DNA of 16,784 nt from Candidatus Bipolaricaulia bacterium. GTDB taxonomy: Bacteria > Bipolaricaulota > Bipolaricaulia > RBG-16-55-9. Shown piece after piece: positions 8,521 to 15,279 of the stretch. The translations under genes and the position numbers were made by a program. Each line of letters opens with the position of its first letter. Positions within the stretch are counted from its first letter, which is position 1. Location of the stretch: contig JBDGQO010000038.1 in the NCBI GenBank assembly GCA_042219045.1, positions 55,801-72,584 on the forward strand. The letters are read 5' to 3'. Under the pieces are notes generated by a model, which was not told the origin of the DNA, did not search any database, and saw only the letters and a program-made list of their open reading frames with translations.

Positions 8521-9386
8521 TTGAGGGCCTGGAGAAAACGGAGGAACCAGGGCATGCCGTATTCCTCGGCGAAGTCGAGGGCGGCCTGCCGCGTGCCAAT
8601 GCCTTTGCCATACTCCTCGCGCAGGTAGTAGAGGTGATCCGAGATCCAGACGTAGAGGTCGGCCTCGGTCCGCTGGGGGAATTCGTCCAGAACGCCACTT
8701 TCTCGGATCGCGTTGCCCAGCGGCTTGTACAGGTTGTCGTACCAGGACGCCACGGCCTCGTCGAACGGAATCGGGCGCTTCTCATCCATGCCCTTGAAGT
8801 AGCGATGGACCTCGATGTGATTGAGCAGAGTCTCATAGCGACCCGGCCGGGAGAACTCAATGCGTTGGTCAGGGCGAAGTTGATCCAGGTTGGTCTGGTC
8901 CAGAAACGCGCTGTATTCGGCTTTGAGGAGGAGGTCCTTAACGTCAGTGTCCTTGTCGAGCGGCACGTTGGTCTCGAAGCGATAGATGTGGGCCCACAGC
9001 GTCGTCATGCCACGCCCTTTGGCGACGCTGACGCGGTGGTTGCCGTCCTCGACGAAGTAGACGCCGCCGACCTCGTAGAGCACGATGGGCGGAAGCTCCT
9101 TGCCCTCGTCCCAGGCTTGGCTGATGCTGGTCCACTTGGACTGGACGTCGTCGCTCAGGGGGAAGAACTCGCGATCAAAGTCCTGATATCGATCGACGCT
9201 GCCGACGATCTGGTCGACGTCAATCTCGCGGAGCCCGACGTAGGTCCGCGCTGCGATGTCGAGGTGATCCTTGACGAGATCGAAGGACAGGAGCAGCGTC
9301 GGTTCCTGTTTGATCGTCGCCAGAATCTGGCGAAAGAACGCGCTCCGTCTCGCCTTCTGAAAATCCAGAAACGTGTCCGTGCTCAT
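8517..9386 (-). CDS. ParB/Sulfiredoxin-fold N-terminal domain protein with DUF4032-like C-terminal domain
   Basis: Start ATG at 9386 with GGAGG RBS (289 aa). Motifs IVGSVDRYQDFDREFFP, LPPIVLYEVGGVYFVEDGNHRVSVAK (ParB/Srx DG[HN]HR motif), and C-terminal WYDNLYKP...FPQRTEADLYVWISDHLYYL. No obvious ParB helix-turn-helix. Confidence 0.8.
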   Translation of the reverse strand: MSTDTFLDFQKARRSAFFRQILATIKQEPTLLLSFDLVKDHLDIAARTYVGLREIDVDQIVGSVDRYQDFDREFFPLSDDVQSKWTSISQAWDEGKELPPIVLYEVGGVYFVEDGNHRVSVAKGRGMTTLWAHIYRFETNVPLDKDTDVKDLLLKAEYSAFLDQTNLDQLRPDQRIEFSRPGRYETLLNHIEVHRYFKGMDEKRPIPFDEAVASWYDNLYKPLGNAIRESGVLDEFPQRTEADLYVWISDHLYYLREEYGKGIGTRQAALDFAEEYGMPWFLRFLQALN

Positions 9387-10023
9387 GCTCGACCTCCAAC
9401 ACGCAATAGCCTGTGACGTTGATGATCTCGGTTGTGCCGACGCGCTCCGTCTCGGTCCCGAAGCGGTATCGCTCATGGGTGTGCCCGTGTATCAGGTATC
9501 TCGGCTGATAGCGATCGATGAACGTCCGGAATGCCTGGAACCCTTGGTGGGTGAGGTCGTCCGCGTCGTGGATGCCTGCCGGCGGCGCATGCGTGATCAA
9601 CATATCGATCGCTCGCCCCTTTGTCCAGCGGTTCCACGCCAGACGGGGAGCCATGCGCCGGGCCTTGCGCTGCATTTGGCGCTCGGTGTACTCGTGCAAG
9701 CGGCCGTTGTAGCGCATCGAGCCCTCCAGACCGCCGATAAGGAGAGATCCCTCGTCTCCGTCGTGGACCTCAACCACGCGGCCATCGAGGTCGCAGCCGC
9801 CGCGCGGAGCGCTCAGTTCCAGGCCGTCCTGCAGGATCATCGTTTCATCGTGGTTGCCGAAGACGTAATGCAGCGGCGCGTTGAGCACCGTGACGAGAAA
9901 TTCCAAGTAACTGTAAGGGAGATCGCCGCAAGACAGAATCAGCTCCACATTGTCGAAGTGATCCTGCACACGGGGGTGATAGAGGAACGGGCTTATTTCG
10001 TCGCTGACGATCAAGATTTTCAT
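9220..10023 (-). CDS. Calcineurin-like metallophosphoesterase (Icc-related)
   Basis: Start MKILIVSD at 10023. Motifs SCGDL, VFGNHD, ITHAPP, IHGHTH. The fold appears to end near INVTGYCVLEV (about 9390), but the frame continues to 9220. Confidence 0.9.
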   Translation of the reverse strand: MKILIVSDEISPFLYHPRVQDHFDNVELILSCGDLPYSYLEFLVTVLNAPLHYVFGNHDETMILQDGLELSAPRGGCDLDGRVVEVHDGDEGSLLIGGLEGSMRYNGRLHEYTERQMQRKARRMAPRLAWNRWTKGRAIDMLITHAPPAGIHDADDLTHQGFQAFRTFIDRYQPRYLIHGHTHERYRFGTETERVGTTEIINVTGYCVLEVEHEHGHVSGFSEGETERVLSPDSGDDQTGTDAAPVLRSRQGSPRHRSADLRRAPRD

Positions 10024-10045
10024 CGTGCGTGGAGCCCCATCATTC

Positions 10046-10078
10046 ACTATAGTATCGTGTGCGCCAAATGGTCAGCAA
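10046..10078. promoter_or_regulatory. Putative divergent promoter region
   Basis: Minus strand TTGCTG-N18-TACTAT upstream of the phosphoesterase. The palindrome ACTATAGT (10046-10053) gives a TATAGT -10-like hexamer on both strands. Confidence 0.4.
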
Positions 10079-10143
10079 GGCAAGCCCGTGACGCTTGGGC
10101 ACGTCGTTGGAAGCCGAAGCCGCAAAAAGAAGGAGGTAACGTC

Positions 10144-10665
10144 ATGACGCCGGTCATCCTGGGTGTGACCGCGTTCTTAGCGGTGGTTGCGCTGATCGCC
10201 TACAATGTCCGCCATTTTGTCGTTAAGCGCCCACTGGAACGCGAGTGGACCCAGGTGAGCGACGTCGATCTCGATCGGGAGTATTTGGTCATCGTGACGC
10301 ATTACCCGCTCAAAGCGGGCCGCCGAACGTCGCGCGTGCTCAACTACCTCCGCCTCGTGCAACGACAGCTTGATCAAAGCGAGGGGCTCGTCGGCTATGC
10401 CTTCCGGGCGAATTTCTATCGCCAACAAATCTGGACGCTGTCGGTGTGGGCCGACCCGTCAGCGCTGCAAGCTTTTCTGGACGGCGTGTCCCATCAACAG
10501 GCGAGCGATGACCTGAAAGCCTACGTCGGCGAGTCTAAAACGCGGCAATGGCCGATCCTGGGCCGGGACGTTCCGCCCAGCTGGGACGAGGCACTCGCGC
10601 AGTTGGACGACCCCGCAACCCCATCGTTCAGATCGAGCGAACGCGGTACCTCAAGCGTCGGCTAA
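10144..10665 (+). CDS. Membrane-anchored DUF3291 / antibiotic biosynthesis monooxygenase-like (dimeric alpha-beta barrel) protein
   Basis: ATG at 10144 preceded by a strong AGGAGGT RBS; 173 aa. N-terminal hydrophobic helix; core QSEGLVGY...WTLSVWADPSALQAF...SHQQA...PPSWDEA resembles DUF3291/CrtA-like proteins. Confidence 0.7.
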   Translation: MTPVILGVTAFLAVVALIAYNVRHFVVKRPLEREWTQVSDVDLDREYLVIVTHYPLKAGRRTSRVLNYLRLVQRQLDQSEGLVGYAFRANFYRQQIWTLSVWADPSALQAFLDGVSHQQASDDLKAYVGESKTRQWPILGRDVPPSWDEALAQLDDPATPSFRSSERGTSSVG

Positions 10666-12757
10666 CGGAGGCTCCGGGCGAGAGAGCCCTCGGCCAGCGG
10701 AGGAGCACCGAGGTCGCTTGATAGACGAGCTCGAAGCCGGCCTCGGAGTTGTTGACGGTCTGAACGGGATAGCGCCATACCGAAACCGGATCGTCGAACG
10801 CAAGCTCGATCTCGAACCCATCGTGTTCGTTCACAAATCGAAGCGAGGACACGCTCGCGTGCTCGCCGCGCCCGGCAAAGTGCGGCTCATTCGGGGGCTC
10901 GTCATTGACGCGCACATATCGATCGGGCGCCTCGCCCGCCAGCAGCGCCAGGTTGAACTCTAGCCCGTAGACGCCCTCCCACTTCCGGTCTGATGCGTTC
11001 ACAAGCCGGATGTCAATATCGAGCCCGTGATCGCTAATGGCAACCGTCTTGGCGACTTCGAGCTCCGCTTCGCCGACGGGGCCTCGATGGGACGCGTCGA
11101 TGCGAGCCATGCCATTCGAGAGCGATGACTCGACGTCATAGAGGTTCTCGGACCAGTCCGCCAATGGGGCGTCGGGATGGCGTTCCAGTTCGGCCAACGA
11201 CGTTTCCCACGTCAGAAAGAGATCGTGCAACGCGGCCCGACGCCGATGGTCGTAGACGAGATGACTCTGGAGGTCCGGGTGCTTGGCCCGCAGGACATCG
11301 TGGATGCTGGCGGTGCCTTCCCCATTCGACGGGTCGTCATCCCCCATGTAGACGGCATCGGGGACGTCCTGATGGTAGAGCTCTTCCCGGCGCGCGATGG
11401 TGTTCAGCACGTTGAAGCGCCGGGGCTTGTCGTCCAGTTCCGTCATCAGCCCGCCTTGTGGTTGAACACACGCCCACCAACGCTCGGTCGCAACGACCGT
11501 TTCGGCTTGGCCATCGACGTCGAGATCGACGTCGCTAAGCCGCGGCGTGGGAGCGCTCGTCTCGACTGCGTCCATGTTGGCCTCGGCCTCCATGAGCTGT
11601 CGATAGATCCCGTCTCGGAGATGGGGGAGATAGGCACCCCCGAACAGCCCGTGCCAGTAGGCGTCGTTGCACTGGGCGCGATACAGCGCCGTTTGCGCTT
11701 CGCTCAACCTCGACGTCAGGCCATAGGCTTCAGTCAATGCCCGTAAACGTTGGCTGATCGACATCATCCGCTTGTGGAGGTGGTTGACCTCGGGATACTT
11801 AGTGAGGAAGTTGCGCCAAGTGCCGCCGGCCAACAGATGGCGGACTCGCTCCGCGTCGTCGCCGAGCCGGCTCACGAGGTCATCCAACGCCCGGCCGCTT
11901 TCGATCGGCAGAGCCCATTCCGACATTTCAAAGTAGGAACAGGTCGGCAGATAGACCGTGCCCCGTGCCTGACGTGCCTCGACGGCCTCGTGCAGCGTCA
12001 GGGGGCGCAGCCAGTCCGCGTTTGCTTCCAAGGCCGTCAAGAACTGCTCCAGCCAGCCTTGGTCGTGGACCCATTCGAATGTGCCCGGCCAGATCCCGAA
12101 CTTTTCGCCGTCGTCCAGCTGAGTCAACAGCGGCGGATCGGCGGCGTCCGCCATCTGCCGGAAGTGATCCAGCACCTCCTCGACAGGCCGGAAGGGAATC
12201 AAATAGCGCAACGTCCCGCTGATGGGGAACACGCCGAATGGCTTGTTCTTATCTTCGGTCAGGAAGCGCCCTCGGAGCTGTGCCGCGTTGAGCCCGGCCC
12301 GCCGGAAGTGGAAGTCATCCAAGGCCGTGTAGCCGAACCCGGCGTCGGCAAGCAGGGACGGCAGATGCGGCTCCCAGACGCGCTCGCCGAGCCACATGCC
12401 TTGGGGCCGTTGACCGAAGCGTTCCGCCAGGTAGTCGGAGAGCCGCTCGAGCTGGCCCAGCGCGTCGCGCTGGGGAAGCACGGCCAGGATCGGCTCGTAG
12501 AACCCGCCGCCCAGCAACTCCAACTGGCCGCGTTCCACGAGCGTCCGGAGTCGATCGATGAACTCGGGATGCTGCGCCTCGAAAAATTCCCAGAGAGGCC
12601 CCGTGTAATGGGCGACGGCTTTGACCGAGGGATGTCGCGCAAGCGCGTCGATGAACGGCCGATACGAGCGTTGGTAGGCGTCCTCGATGACGTCGGGAAA
12701 GTTGCCCACGGGCTGGTGACAGTGGATCCCAAGGACGATGTCGACGCGTGGGGTCAT
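10628..12757 (-). CDS. GH57 alpha-amylase / 4-alpha-glucanotransferase (AmyA type with C-terminal DUF1925/DUF1926 domains)
   Basis: 709 aa. HCHQPVGN, GGGFYEPIL, GMWLGERVWEP (nucleophile Glu), DDGEKFGIWP (acid/base Asp), SYFEMSEWAL, WRNFLTKYPE, AQCNDAYWHGLFGGAYLPHLR, SEAGFELVYQ. Confidence 0.93.
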   Translation of the reverse strand: MTPRVDIVLGIHCHQPVGNFPDVIEDAYQRSYRPFIDALARHPSVKAVAHYTGPLWEFFEAQHPEFIDRLRTLVERGQLELLGGGFYEPILAVLPQRDALGQLERLSDYLAERFGQRPQGMWLGERVWEPHLPSLLADAGFGYTALDDFHFRRAGLNAAQLRGRFLTEDKNKPFGVFPISGTLRYLIPFRPVEEVLDHFRQMADAADPPLLTQLDDGEKFGIWPGTFEWVHDQGWLEQFLTALEANADWLRPLTLHEAVEARQARGTVYLPTCSYFEMSEWALPIESGRALDDLVSRLGDDAERVRHLLAGGTWRNFLTKYPEVNHLHKRMMSISQRLRALTEAYGLTSRLSEAQTALYRAQCNDAYWHGLFGGAYLPHLRDGIYRQLMEAEANMDAVETSAPTPRLSDVDLDVDGQAETVVATERWWACVQPQGGLMTELDDKPRRFNVLNTIARREELYHQDVPDAVYMGDDDPSNGEGTASIHDVLRAKHPDLQSHLVYDHRRRAALHDLFLTWETSLAELERHPDAPLADWSENLYDVESSLSNGMARIDASHRGPVGEAELEVAKTVAISDHGLDIDIRLVNASDRKWEGVYGLEFNLALLAGEAPDRYVRVNDEPPNEPHFAGRGEHASVSSLRFVNEHDGFEIELAFDDPVSVWRYPVQTVNNSEAGFELVYQATSVLLRWPRALSPGASVSRRLRYRVRSI

Positions 12758-12763
12758 GCCGCC

Positions 12764-12792
12764 AGGTTACGGCATCGTGCGGTGCGCGTCCA
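12764..12792 (-). promoter_or_regulatory. Putative leaderless sigma70 promoter for the GH57 gene
   Basis: Minus strand TGGACG-N17-TAACCT-N6-ATG, with no Shine-Dalgarno before the start codon. Confidence 0.5.
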
Positions 12793-12800
12793 CGCACCCA

Positions 12801-13241
12801 TCAGGCGCCGGAGCCATCCTCCGAGAGCATATGCTTGCGGTCGACGGCCTCGGCCATCGTCGCGAGGGTCGTCTCCTGTAAGTACGACTTGATGCGCTCG
12901 CGCAACGGCTTGAACGTGTCATGGAGCGGGCAGGGCATCTCGTCGTTGCACTGGGCCAAGCCGACCGCGCACTCGACCAGATCGTCGACGCCGTCGATGG
13001 CGGCCTTGATGTCGTAGAGGGTGATCTCGTCGGCGGGCCGGGCCAGCTTGAAGCCGCCGCCCGGTCCCTTCGTTGACATGACCAAGCCCTCTTTGGCCAT
13101 CGTCTGGAGGATCTTGCCCAGGAAGTAGTGCGGGATGCCTTCGGCATCCGAAATGTCACGCACCACGGCGAGCTGGTTCGGCTGGCGAGCCAGGTTCGTC
13201 AGGGCTCGAATTCCGTATTCGCAGGCCTTGGAGTAAATCAT
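12801..13241 (-). CDS. Rrf2 family transcriptional regulator, probable Fe-S binding
   Basis: Start MIYSKACEYGIRAL at 13241 (146 aa, AGGTG upstream). Winged HTH with FLGKILQTM and STKGPGGGFKLARPADEITLYDI; C-terminal CAVGLAQCNDEMPCPLH. Confidence 0.92.
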   Translation of the reverse strand: MIYSKACEYGIRALTNLARQPNQLAVVRDISDAEGIPHYFLGKILQTMAKEGLVMSTKGPGGGFKLARPADEITLYDIKAAIDGVDDLVECAVGLAQCNDEMPCPLHDTFKPLRERIKSYLQETTLATMAEAVDRKHMLSEDGSGA

Positions 13242-13258
13242 TAGCACACCTGAAGCTC

Positions 13259-13287
13259 TTTTTAGCACGCTTTAGGCAGCGATGCAA
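13259..13287 (-). promoter_or_regulatory. Putative sigma70 promoter (extended -10) for the Rrf2 gene
   Basis: Minus strand TTGCAT-N17-TAAAAA with TG immediately upstream of the -10 (TGcTAAAAA), 17 nt before the ATG. Confidence 0.5.
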
Positions 13288-13318
13288 GGGACACGCAACG
13301 GATGGCTCGGGACGCGGG

Positions 13319-13894
13319 TCAATCGCGAACGATGTCAGGGCCGAAGATGGCTTTCAGATCGCGAATCAGGCGACGGGCGTCGTCGCTGAGGCCCTCGTCC
13401 TCGAAGGGGTTGGGATAGACCTCCGCAATATCGCTGCGACGTGGCCAACCGATGGCGTTCCCAAGCCGGTCCGCGGTGGCCGCGTAGAATGGCCGAAGGC
13501 GTTCCAGGGTCGCGTCGTCGCGGCGCCAGTCATATAGGTCCTCATCCGAGGGACGATCCGCTCCCCGGTGGGCCCAGGCTTGCCAAGCCAAGCGGTTCCG
13601 ATACTGGCCCTCTTGAACCGTCGGATCGGCATAGATGACGAAGTGGCAGATCCATTGGGCCAGTTCTTCCCATGCCTTGGCTCGATCCGAAGGGAGGACG
13701 CCGGGATCATCCGATGGGGTCTCCGGGGGAGCCACAAATGGCACGGGGGTCAAGGACGCCAGCGTGCGGCGGCTATCGGCATCCCGCTCGCGTAAGCGCA
13801 GGTACCGCTTGCCGATCACGCGGTAGCTCTGATGATCGCGTTGGCGTTTCGGCCGATAGCGTCGGACGTCCAGGGTCAGACGGCGCTCAGCCAT
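13319..13894 (-). CDS. Hypothetical protein
   Basis: 191 aa ORF filling the livF-Rrf2 gap. Start overlaps the livF 3' end by 8 nt, GTGGAG lies upstream, and composition is protein-like. No family recognised. Confidence 0.65.
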   Translation of the reverse strand: MAERRLTLDVRRYRPKRQRDHQSYRVIGKRYLRLRERDADSRRTLASLTPVPFVAPPETPSDDPGVLPSDRAKAWEELAQWICHFVIYADPTVQEGQYRNRLAWQAWAHRGADRPSDEDLYDWRRDDATLERLRPFYAATADRLGNAIGWPRRSDIAEVYPNPFEDEGLSDDARRLIRDLKAIFGPDIVRD

Positions 13895-14540
13895 GCTCCA
13901 CCACCCGGCCTCGTTCGAGCGTCATCGCGCGATCGGCGAGGCGCGCGGCCAGCGCCACGTCCTGTTCGGTCAAGAGGACCGTCAGGTCGGTTTCAGCCAA
14001 AGCCTGCAGCGCCCGGGCCATCGTCGCCTTCATCTCGCCCGCCAGGCCCAACGACGGCTCGTCCAGCATGAGCAATGACGGCCGACTGAGCAGCGCCCGC
14101 CCGATGGCGACCATCTTCTGTTCGCCCCCGCTCAGGCTTCCAGCCCGTTGGCGCTCCCGATCCCCGAGCACGGGAAACAGCTCAACGACCTCGGCCAGGT
14201 CCTCGTCGGTCAGGGTCGCGTCGGGGCCGTGGGCGAACGTTCCCATCTCCAGGTTCTCCCGCACCGTCATCTCCGGAAAGAGCTGTCGCTCCGCCGGGCC
14301 GAACGCCAGGCCGCGGGCGACGCGCCGATGCGCCGGCAGGGGCGTAATGTCCTCGTCCCGGAAGCGCACGCGCCCGCGTTCGGGCCGAGCCAAGCCCGCC
14401 AGCGCGCGCAGCAGCGTCGTCTTGCCGGCCGCGTTGCCGCCGAGCACGGCCAGGATCTCGCTTTGGGCGACCTCGACGCCGACCTCATCGAGGACGCGTT
14501 GATGGCCGTAGTGCAGCGTCAATCCCTCAGCCGACAGCAT
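13887..14540 (-). CDS. livF: Branched-chain amino acid ABC transporter ATP-binding protein, LivF-like
   Basis: Walker A GGNAAGKTT, LFPEMTVRENLEMG, signature AGSLSGGEQKM, Walker B LLMLDEPSLGL, and the LivF-type EQ switch. Confidence 0.88.
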   Translation of the reverse strand: MLSAEGLTLHYGHQRVLDEVGVEVAQSEILAVLGGNAAGKTTLLRALAGLARPERGRVRFRDEDITPLPAHRRVARGLAFGPAERQLFPEMTVRENLEMGTFAHGPDATLTDEDLAEVVELFPVLGDRERQRAGSLSGGEQKMVAIGRALLSRPSLLMLDEPSLGLAGEMKATMARALQALAETDLTVLLTEQDVALAARLADRAMTLERGRVVEHG

Positions 14541-15279
14541 GGACGACCTCCTCGGAACCGGACTCCGACGTGGGGCGCGGGATGATCAAGCGCCCATTCT
14601 GCATGACCAACAGCCGATCACAAGCGGTCACGATCGAGGCCATGCGGTGTTCGATCAACAGCAACGTGACCCCGCGCGCCCGGAGCGTCTGGATGAGGGC
14701 GTCCATCTCGGCCGAGCTCTCCGGACTCAACCCGGCAAACGGCTCGTCCAACAAGAGCAACTCCGGCTGGGCACCGAGCGCAATCGCGATCGCCAGACGA
14801 CGTTGATAGCCAAAGGAGAGATGGCCGGCCAGCGCCTTGCGGAAGTCCCACAACCCGGCCAACTCGAGCAGCTCCGCGACGCGTCCCTCAGGCGACGCGT
14901 CGGGCCCGGCCCCGCGCTCGCCGTGGGGAATTCGAAATCGATCCCGGAACCGCCGGCGCTGTTGGAGAAAGCAACCCATGCGGACGTTCTCCTCGACGGA
15001 TACTTCGGGGAAGACGCGGCTGCGTTGGAACGTGCGCACCAGGCCCTGACGCGCGCGGCGCTCCGGCGACCAACCGGTGATGTCCCGCCCTCGGAAGTCG
15101 ATCTGTCCCGAGGTCGGCGCCACGAACCCGCTCAGCAAGTTGAACAGCGTCGTCTTGCCGGCCCCGTTGTCCCCGATCAGGCCGACGATCTGACCGGGGT
15201 CGACGCGGAAGCTGACGTCCGCCACCGCGTGGAGACCGCCGTAGCGCTTGGTGAGCCGTTCCACGGTCATGAGCGTCAT
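14527..15279 (-). CDS. livG: Branched-chain amino acid ABC transporter ATP-binding protein, LivG-like
   Basis: KRYGGLHAVADVSF, Walker A GDNGAGKTTLFN, GLVRTFQ, LSFGYQRRL, LLLLDEPFAGL, LIEHRM. Confidence 0.9.
   Translation of the reverse strand: MTLMTVERLTKRYGGLHAVADVSFRVDPGQIVGLIGDNGAGKTTLFNLLSGFVAPTSGQIDFRGRDITGWSPERRARQGLVRTFQRSRVFPEVSVEENVRMGCFLQQRRRFRDRFRIPHGERGAGPDASPEGRVAELLELAGLWDFRKALAGHLSFGYQRRLAIAIALGAQPELLLLDEPFAGLSPESSAEMDALIQTLRARGVTLLLIEHRMASIVTACDRLLVMQNGRLIIPRPTSESGSEEVVHAVG

Noticed and set aside
8517..9386. Chromosome-partitioning ParB
   Set aside because: No parA or parS-like palindrome was seen, there is no evident HTH, and the C-terminal domain differs from ParB.
9373..10143. 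N-terminal 257 aa of the 430-aa plus-strand ORF
   Set aside because: Mostly antisense to the phosphoesterase; the strong RBS at 10131-10137 marks the real start at 10144.
13241..13270. CIRCE (HrcA) element suggested by TTAGCAC
   Set aside because: The two copies are direct, not inverted; the TTAGCACTC-N9-GAGTGCTAA structure is absent and no chaperone genes are adjacent.
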